A DNA stretch of 57,619 bases, filler included, from Jimgerdemannia flammicorona (Eukaryota): assembly GCA_003990765.1 (NCBI GenBank). It is 3 parts of 3 records of this genome, joined end to end, with 100 filler letters (N's around TTAATTAATTAA, not from the genome) between each part and the next. Parts side by side here need not be neighbours in the genome. Positions count along the whole stretch, not along the records: positions 38,484 to 57,619 come from RBNJ01002016.1; 2 more parts are not named here. One strand, 5' to 3'. Position numbers and translations under genes: made by a program. Position 1 is the first letter of the stretch. Every line of letters starts with the position of its first letter. The notes beneath the pieces were generated by a model that was not told the DNA's origin, made no database searches, and saw only the letters and a list, made by a program, of their open reading frames with translations. Below, in pieces: positions 48,990 to 57,619 of this stretch.

Positions 48990-49893
48990 GCTCTGGCCCA
49001 CTGCTCTACTGCTCCACTGAGCTCCTTCAGTACCTCCATCAGATTCTCTTCCTTCTCTACACTCCTCTTCACTCTCATCATCTTATAGATAAATGTACTC
49101 CACATGGCCAGTTCTGTAGCTTCTCTGTAGCCTCCTTTCCAGCCAGCCAGAGCCTAATATCTATATCTCCTATCCTGAATGAAGTTCCCTTTCAGACCTA
49201 GAAACCAATATCAACTATCTTATTATACTCAGCCATAACTTCCTCTATCCTCTTCTTTGTCTCAACTATCATCATCATGGGTACTCTCCTCACTTGTAGC
49301 TAGATCACTCTGGGGTCCTATCTCAAACAGTGAGCCATCAGAACCACCACCTTTCCCACAGTCAGCCTCACCTTCAATATCTCCTCCAAGAAGGTAGCCT
49401 TCTCAAAGTCTACCTCAACCCTCTCAAGTCTCTTCAGAAACTTCACTAAGATAGCTTCAGCTATCTGCTTTGAGATTAGTCTTAGTACCATCTTTACTAT
49501 TACTACTAAGCTCTGGAAGTACAATATAACTATAAACTCTAAGATCAATTTCTTGAGTAATGAGGCCACTGTCAGGTCTATTATACTATCAGCCAGATCT
49601 CCTTACCCCTGTCAGTCCCCCTGCATAGCTCTATTATTAGCTGTCATATTTCTTTTTTTTCTCCAGATTTCCCATCATACTTCTATCAGTAGTTATACCA
49701 CTGCTCTCAGCCATAGCTCCTCCTGTCTCTATGCTCACTCTCCTAGGTATAGGGCTCTCTGCTCTCTCCAGATTAGCCTTGTCTTTCCCCTCAGCTACTC
49801 CAGTCTGAACACTTATCAGTCATCTTCTCTTCTTTACCTTATTAGAAAAACTAGAGGGTCTAGATCTGCCCTTATTTCCATCTGATACCAGCC
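48990..49893 (-). mobile_element. Older LINE ORF1 fragment (continues at 55766-55985), host of the nested full-length LINE
   Basis: ORF1 homology (49318-49569). Interrupted at the 15-bp TSD. Decayed 5' motif at ~55950-55985. Confidence 0.7.
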
Positions 49894-52800
49894 CTTTTTT
49901 TTTTTATAGTCACTTGGACTCTGCCATTTATTACCCATCTATTAATAATTTTACAGTTCACCCTCTCACTACTTGATCCCCATAGGGGTACCACTCTTCC
50001 TACCTATGTGGACAAAGACCACTTTCTCACCCACAACCCCAACCCTCCCCCTACTCTACCTACAGATTTGTTCTACCAAATAATGCCTTCAACCCCCCTT
50101 CAACCCCCAACCAAGCCACCAGCCCATCAAGATGTCTTCTATAAGACTACACCACCTCATCAGCCTGACCTCGGAGCCAAGTTTCCTCCCATCCTCAAAA
50201 ACAAATAACCAGTGACTGGTCAGCCCCACCCAAATGGCCAAAGCCCAACCTAACATCAGCCATTCCTTCCCCACCCCCCCCTCCAGTCTGCCCCTTAAAT
50301 CCTCCCATTGCCTCTATACATCAGCTCCTCTATACACTACTCCCAGATGATCCCCAATGTTCTGCCAAAAGGTACTAAGTACCTCACACTCTCCTAGCCA
50401 ATGTTCAGGCATCTGTACATATCCTCCTTCCTGCTCTACATTATAACACTCTTTACAGTCAAAGCAGCCTTCCTCGATAAGGTGACTGGAGTGGAAGTTG
50501 AGTATGATATTTCGCCTCAGCATATACCACCAGACCACCCAGTACTTTGGCAGCAGCCACCTTCTCACCTTAGCACTCCAGGCCCAAATGTTATGCCAGT
50601 CCCACTCCTTGCTGATTCCTATACCCTGTCAACTGCTAGGCCACAGATCCTGGTCTGGTCCCCATTGGCATTCGATCCCATCACTAATGTCAAACTCAAT
50701 TAAGGGAGCGCCACCTAGTAACACTCAGTCCCATCTCTACATTACTGGGTCCCAAGCCTCCTCCCCTTTATTTCCCTGCTACCTAATTCCAATGTGGTGC
50801 ACCCCCTCTGCCACTCTCCACCAGAAGCCTTTGTATCACAATTGTCCAGAGTTCTGAAGGCCCACAAGTGCTAGGAGATCACCTGTCGAACCCCTCAGAG
50901 AGAACCTCATCTCCCAGACTTTCTGCAGTAGGGGAACCCAACCACCCCCTCTCAACTCCACTGCTCTCTTCAGTCACCAAGCTCTCAAGCAGTGCAGCCT
51001 CTTAGGAAAGTCAACCAGCCCAAGTTCCTCACTTGCCACTGGTAAGGACAAGACCTCCCAGTTGATCTGAATCTGCCTTCTAGCCCAGATCCACCCCTTG
51101 GCCAGCTTCATCAATCACTTCACCACCTAAGCTGGGAAGTCTAGATAATAAGCCAGATACCACACCTTCAGCAGCCAATAGATGTTCAGAATTTAAATAT
51201 GTCCTACCAGAGACAATTGACAGCCCCCCCAACTCCACAGGACCTCCTCCCAAATGCCAACCTACTGCTCCCACCAAAGTCTAGGTAGAACTGACCCATA
51301 TACTGACAGATAGATACCCAAGTACCATACTGTCTCACCAGCAGGGACAATTGAACCAATAATCTCTCTGCCCACTAGACCATTGTCTAACACCATTGTT
51401 TCATACTTATGCCAATTAAGCCTAGTCCCAGAGTTCACCTCATACTACTCTACTGTTTCCTTGAGCTTTTCAACATCTGCAACTGATCCCAGACTGACCA
51501 CCATGTCATCTGCAAATGCCCCTACTTTCCACCCAATGCCAAAGATAGAGAGCCCCACTATCTTCTGTCTGATTCTGTCCATGAAGGACTCCAGAGACAA
51601 AGTGTACAAAATGGGGGACAGTGGGTCCCCCTGGAGCACCCCCCTACCCAGGGGAAATGCTACCCCTCTATGTCCATTACACATGAGTGCCACCCTACTT
51701 CCTTCCAGTAGGCTGACCATGGCAGTTCTGAACTGTTATGGGACCCCAATCCTATCCAAAACTTTCACCAACCAGACCTGTTGCACTCAGTCATAGGCCT
51801 TCTCCTGGTCCAAAAAGACCAGATGCTCATCCAGTCTACTGGCTCATGCCCCTTCAATAACTCCATGCACCCATGCTGTGTCATCCCTGATAAGCTGGCC
51901 TCCAACAAAGCCCTGCTGCTCCTCACCCAAGACTTGCTGGGCCACCTTTTGCAACCTTGCAACCACCACTTTGGTAACCAACTTTCTGTCCATGTCCAGT
52001 AGCATAATTGGCCTCCAGTTCTTCCAGTCCTCTCGGCTTCCTTTGTTCTTATAAAGCAATGTCACCAACCCTAGATCCTGTTCTCCCACCCATCTCTCCA
52101 TCAGTAGAATTCAATTATACAGTGCCATCATCTTTTCCAATATACCAGAGACTCCCACTATCCTTTTCCAGAAGTCCTAGGGCAGACCATCCTCCCTAAG
52201 TACCATACCCAAGATTATTATGGCAAGAACCTGGTAGATCTCCTCCTCTAGCACTGGCAGTACTAAGTTACTCAAACCATCTACTCAGGTAGGGTACTAA
52301 TCCTCCAATGCTCAATCAATGTCCTCAGCATCTGCCCCACCCTCCTTCTCACTCCACAATCCACTCCAATGCTCCTTTAACAATCCAAGAATGTCTTGTA
52401 CCCCATGCACCAATGAACCATCAGCATTAAGCACCCCCTCCCACCTTTGCTGTACCCTTCTCGCCTGAAGAGTCCTTGTAAGAAACTTTGAGGGCTGCTC
52501 TCCTTCCTCCAGCCCCTGCCAACGAAGCCATGCTGCCAGACTCTGGACTCTTACCTCTTCCTCATTCTGCAGCACCTGTTGTAGTTCAGCCACCTCCATT
52601 CTTAACCTTATCAATCACCAGTCCTCCTCTCTCTCCAATGTTGTCAGTTTTGCCCAATCCTCTAAGAGTCTAGATAGTCTACTAGATGCCCACCATACCT
52701 GCCACCTCCTCTGTCTCCCTGCCTCCATACCAGCTGCACTCCAGAAGACCCTGGTCATCTCCTTCATCCTCATCCACCAAATATCAACTGTGACACCTTC

Positions 52801-55750
52801 CTGCCTCCAGCACTCCACCTGTATTTGAATAACTTCAGCCAATTTACCCCACCAGATCTTATCATCTAGTAAGGAGAAATTGAGATACCAATGTCCAGGC
52901 CCATCCCCACTCCCTCCAAAATGTCCCTGCCCCAAAAGCCCCCAATGATCTGACCAAGGACACCATTCCACCTCTAGCAACTTCCAAACATCCAGGCCCC
53001 AGCAGCTGGCTGTCAGAATCCAATCAATCCTCATCTCCAGGCCCCTGGCCCAGTGCATGTATACCCTCCTATTTCCCCAACATTCCCTACCTGCATCCAC
53101 CAGAGCACTCAGCCTTTCCACTTCCTCCCATGCTGCCAGTCCTCCACTCCGACCCACAGCTCCTCATCCTCTATCAGTTCTATCCCTCAATATGTCTTGG
53201 ACCATATTGAAGTCCCCACTGAGTACATCAACCCCAACCTCCACAAGAATTCCACTCTCCTGTAGGCCCATCATCCAATTCACCTGCTCACCCCATACCA
53301 TAGAGCAGTAATAGGAGCCCACCATGACTGGCTCCCAACCTGTGCATATCCACTCTCCCCAGACCAATCTATCCCCCCAGCTCTATACATCCCATATCTC
53401 CCCTCTGCCCTTCCACACCAGAATTCCAACCTTGCCCTTCCAAACTACCTCACCTCCCCACTCTTGCATCCATTCTAGTCTATCCAAGTCATCCTCACAC
53501 CTGACATCCTGCAAGAGGAAGATATTAGCCTCTAATCTCTTCAGCCAAGTAAAAATGTTCTTACATCGATAAGTACCCCATAACCCATTCATATTCAAAG
53601 AAAAAATATTGGTTGTACTATTCATAAGGGAAATTATATAGTTTCAGATGCATCCTCTACTGCTCCATGTCCAGGTTATACTCAGCAATAGCTTCTGCTT
53701 CCTCAGTCCTCTTAGCCTCCAATTCAGCCAGGATTTCAGCCATCTCCCCATCCTCCTTTTTCTCAAACTCCTCACAGTACTCTAAACAAGCCTTTTGCTA
53801 GAGCTGCAGTCCATGCCACTTAGTCCAACAGTGGGCAGCCTGCTCACCTGCCACAACTGCCAGAGCAGCTTCCCTCTCCTTATCTACCTCATACCCCTCT
53901 TCCTCCAAGTATACCACCAGAATTTCTGCCTTCAATGCTGCCACCACTCCATTGCTCTGCAGGATCCTTGCCCAATGCTCATCACTCATCACTCAGAGGT
54001 TGACTTCCCCCAGCTCTTCTGCCACCAAGTTGTTCATCATCCAGCATACCCAGAGCAAGTTTCCCACCTCCTTTCCTTCTAGGGTCGCTGGCCTCCCTCC
54101 ATCCAACATCATAGTATCAGCCCCTACACTTACCAACTCATTCCATCCCTCCTCTGGAACATCCACCAATTCCTCTTCCCCAGTCACCTCTACCAATCCC
54201 CCCTTCTCTACATTTGAGACTCCAAAGTGTACCTGCTGAGTACTGCACATTGGCACATCCTCCATCACCCTATCTCTCGCCACCGGACCCCTTCTGATAA
54301 GAAGGGAGGGTGAAGGTAAATCCTCCCAGGTCTCCTCTCAAACCTCCAGTATGCCATCTTCATATGGATTCTTGCTTGGCACCTTCATAGCCTCCACCTG
54401 CTCCCCCTCCTCATTCCTGCCACCACTAGCAGCCCAGACACTCACCTCAGCACCTCCAGTGGTTGCACTATTGCTTGCCTTCCTCATCACCTCTGCCCCC
54501 ATTTTTGCCAACAATTCCCTCTGCCTTCTGTACTCTTGAGACCTCTCCCACACCTCCTTGTTGATGTAAACTCACTTTCCTCAAGATGTGTTGCCTCCTC
54601 AAATGCCTTCCATGCTTTCACCCTCCTCTCTATTGCTCCACTCAACTTCTCCAGTACTTCCAGCAGATCCTCCTCCTCCTCCTCACTCCCCTTTACTCTC
54701 GTCACCTTGTACAAGATAGCCCCCCACACCATCACTGAGGGCCAGTCCTGAGCCTTCCCAGTAGCCTTCTGCCCAGTCAGCCAAATCCTGACATCAACAT
54801 CTCCTGTCCAGAGAGAAGTTCCTTCCCACACTCTGAACCCAATATCAACTACTTCCCCATACTCTGCCATGATCTCCTTAACTCTTTTCCTCATCTCTAC
54901 AGTAGTAATAGTGGGAACTCCTTTCACCAGAAGCTGCACTACTCTTGGGTCCCACTGCAGGCATCTCACCATTAGTATGCACACCTCACCTACTTTCATC
55001 CCAGCCTTCAAAGCCTCCTCCAGTGGCCCAGCCTCCTCAAATCCCACCTCCACCCCTTCTAGGCCCTTCAGAAACTTAACAGATGCCACACCACTCATCT
55101 GCTTCACAATCAGCCCCAGAACCATTTTTGCCATCACCACCAAGCCCCAGAAACACATCATGACTACAAATTCTGAGATCAACTTCTTGAGTAATGAAGC
55201 CACTACCAGTCCTGTTACACTATCTGCCAGATCCCCAGGCCTCATGCCCTTTCTACTGCTTGGCTTACCATCAGTAGTCCCATCTAGATTTTTTCCAGAT
55301 CGCCTATCACACCCCCATCAGTAGTCCCTGCCGCAGCCACTACCCCCCCAGCTCCACCCCTATGGCCCTCTGGAGAGATACCCCCATGAGGTTGCTGCCT
55401 TGTAGCCCTCACCAGCACCTTCCCCCCCCTCAGCCAGCTCTCCAGTCTAGCTCCCTGCTGACCCCCCTTCATCTTCTCTGTAAAGCTTGCTCTATCAGAC
55501 CCTTGACCTCCAGCTCCACCCCCTCCTCCACTGTGTCCTCCTGCCAGCAGGCCCCTCATACTTTCCCCCAAGCCAGGACCTCTCCCCACTTGCTGCCATT
55601 CAAACACTCCAGGGCCACCCTGCCCAGTATGTACCTCAGGATGCTCATTGGTTGCCATGATACTAGTAGCTTGTCTCTAGAAACTGTGTCAAAAGTGTTG
55701 CCAAAAGATTGTGTAACCTAAATGTTACCGGAGAAAGATGTGTTCATAGA
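49894..55750 (-). mobile_element. Full-length (inactivated) L1/Tx1-like LINE
   Basis: TSD CATCTGATACCAGCC (49879-49893, 55751-55765); poly(A) 49895-49905; ORF1 ~53640-55658; ORF2 from 53625. Confidence 0.92.
50040..53625 (-). pseudogene. LINE ORF2: APE endonuclease, RT and C-terminal Cys/His motif (disrupted)
   Basis: SLNMNGL, FLLQD, GDFN, RIDWIL, WSDH; KNWRPIMLL, GVLQGDPLSPILY, AFADDM; CKEC...EHWLGEC. Confidence 0.92.
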
Positions 55751-56559
55751 CATCTGATACCAGCCTCTCTCCAGACCTTTCTCCACTATTTATACCTCCA
55801 AAAGCACCCATCTCCAGGCCATAACTCCTTCCCACATACTGCCAGCTAAATGCTCCAGGTCTATCTAACCCAGTACACCCATCAGGACTCTTGCTCAATG
55901 ATATATTACTAGTATCTTTTCTCTAAGTTATATTGAAAAATATTACTTGAAGTTTGTATAATATGAATTATATTAGAAAAAGGTATCAAAATCTTTCTCT
56001 CAGCTATATTATGAAGCTTAAGTAAGATAATATCAATAAATTTAACCTTATTTTAGTTAATACTATTAGTAGTTATCTATTAGTAAGACTTTATACTAAT
56101 ATTACTAAAACTATAATCTTTGGATTTTCAGTATCATCTCTCAGAGATATCTATTTTAACTATTTAATACTACTAATAGAAGTCTTTGAGAAAGTATTAC
56201 AATAATATTATCTAAAGCTTCAAGAAATATCTATACTCTAATTTATCTAAATTTTTATCTATTTAAATAAAAATCAAAAACTGAGTAAGAACTAAGCATT
56301 AAGTCTAAATCTTCTACTCTTTCTGAGGTCTTGAGTATCTCTATCTATATCTTTAGTAACTCAGAAATAGAATTTACTTTCATATCTTTATATTTTAGTT
56401 ACTATCAAATATCTATTCGATCTTAGGCTAAATAAGAGCAGAAGTTTCTCAATAAGACAGATATAGTATTTTGAAATTTAATAGTTTATAGTTACTCAAA
56501 AAATACTAATCTTTAACCTCTGACAAATTACCACCCCCAAATCTATAATTATTCTACTA

Positions 56560-56950
56560 AACTGATAAATTATATCTTTACTTATCTTCAAATTAGTACT
56601 ATCAGAGAACTTAGTATAACTAAACTACTTATTTCTCTTTAGTTCTAAGTACTATTAGTATAAATTTTTAAATTAGTCATTATATTTATCAGCTTGCTTT
56701 ACTCTATATATATATAAATTACTAATATACTATATACTACTCTAACTTATATAAATACCCCAGTATCTTAAGTAAATAAAAAATCTCAGATTGAGGTAGT
56801 AAATCTTTAAATAAGACTATATCTCTATCTCTTTGAAATGTTAATAAAAAAATAAGTTAAGAATATAAAATTCTAATCTTCTGAGTTAGATCTCAGAAAC
56901 CAAAGCCATGAGAATAGAATCTTTACTTTGAACAAGATCCTATCTCCACT
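56560..56950 (+). repeat. Decayed LTR-like remnant
   Basis: TATAAATACCCCAGTATC...AATAAA...TCTCAGAT (~56750-56790) is the family A/B LTR core in the opposite orientation. Boundaries approximate. Confidence 0.4.
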
Positions 56951-57169
56951 TCTCTGAGATATTAAAAGAGAATATTAGTTAAGATATAGATGATCTTTTC
57001 TGATATATTAATTTATCTGAGATACTTTAGTTATAGTTTATTTTCATTATTATTTCTATATAAGAGTAGAAGAGTACTACTCTCCAACACACTCACCTCA
57101 GTCTGTCTATCTAGTATAAGAACTCTGCTCATACAAAATATGAATGTTGTTATTCTGTTTCAGTAAAGG

Positions 57170-57619
57170 GAGTGGATGTGCAATCTCTAGTCTCAGGCCT
57201 TCATAATGATATATCCAGTTGTGAGAACAACACAGAATCAGTGGGGAAAATTGGAAATAAGTAACTCATAGTTAAATGAGCTTTAGCTGTATGAGTGGGA
57301 CTGGCTGGGCACTGATTGTTTGTTTTTGAGAAAAGGAAGTGATTGAGTTTGAAGGAGCAGCTGGCAAGGTGGAAAGGGTTTGATAGTAGATATCTTGATG
57401 AGTTGATGGCTGGGATGGAGTTGGCAGAGGGGTCATCAGTACTGCTTAGTGGAGAAGATTTGTGAATGAGAATTGAAGTGGCAGATGGTAAAGTGGCTTT
57501 CAAACATAAGGATGTGGAGGGGGGGACCCCTAGAGGGATTGGGTAGTGGGCTGGGATATTGTATTTATATTTAATAGACTGGTAATAAATGGCGAAGTCC
57601 AAGGGACTATTAAAAAAAA
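57170..57619 (+). mobile_element. LINE 3' fragment ending in poly(A)
   Basis: VGLAGH*LFVFEK is homologous to the LINE ORF2 end. Terminus GAAGTCCAAGGGACTATTAAAAAAAA. Confidence 0.75.

Overview
Eukaryotic, most likely early-diverging fungal DNA (Mucoromycota-like; inferred from short GT-AG introns and protein motifs). One ~11 kb CpG-containing island (~8040-19140) lies between nested, heavily C-to-T-decayed, almost CpG-free transposon relics. The island carries a minus-strand multi-exon gene: SAM domain (first exon present twice), an uncharacterised middle domain, then 20 ribonuclease-inhibitor-type 28-aa LRR units. Each LRR sits in its own exon (18 x 84 nt, one of 63 nt, one terminal), all internal ones phase 1-1, separated by 75-104 nt introns that are homologous to each other. 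The most variable LRR codon is split across each splice junction. This is the best candidate for an undescribed system: a modular, diversifiable immune-receptor-like LRR locus. The flanks hold dUTPase-encoding Ty3/Gypsy elements (one full-length, with ~1.6 kb ORF-bearing LTRs and a 4-bp TSD), a solo LTR, L1/Tx1-like LINEs nested in each other, a ~9 kb head-to-head pair of Penelope-like elements, and hAT-type and CCC-terminated MITEs. Two 100-bp N/TTAATTAATTAA blocks are assembly linkers.
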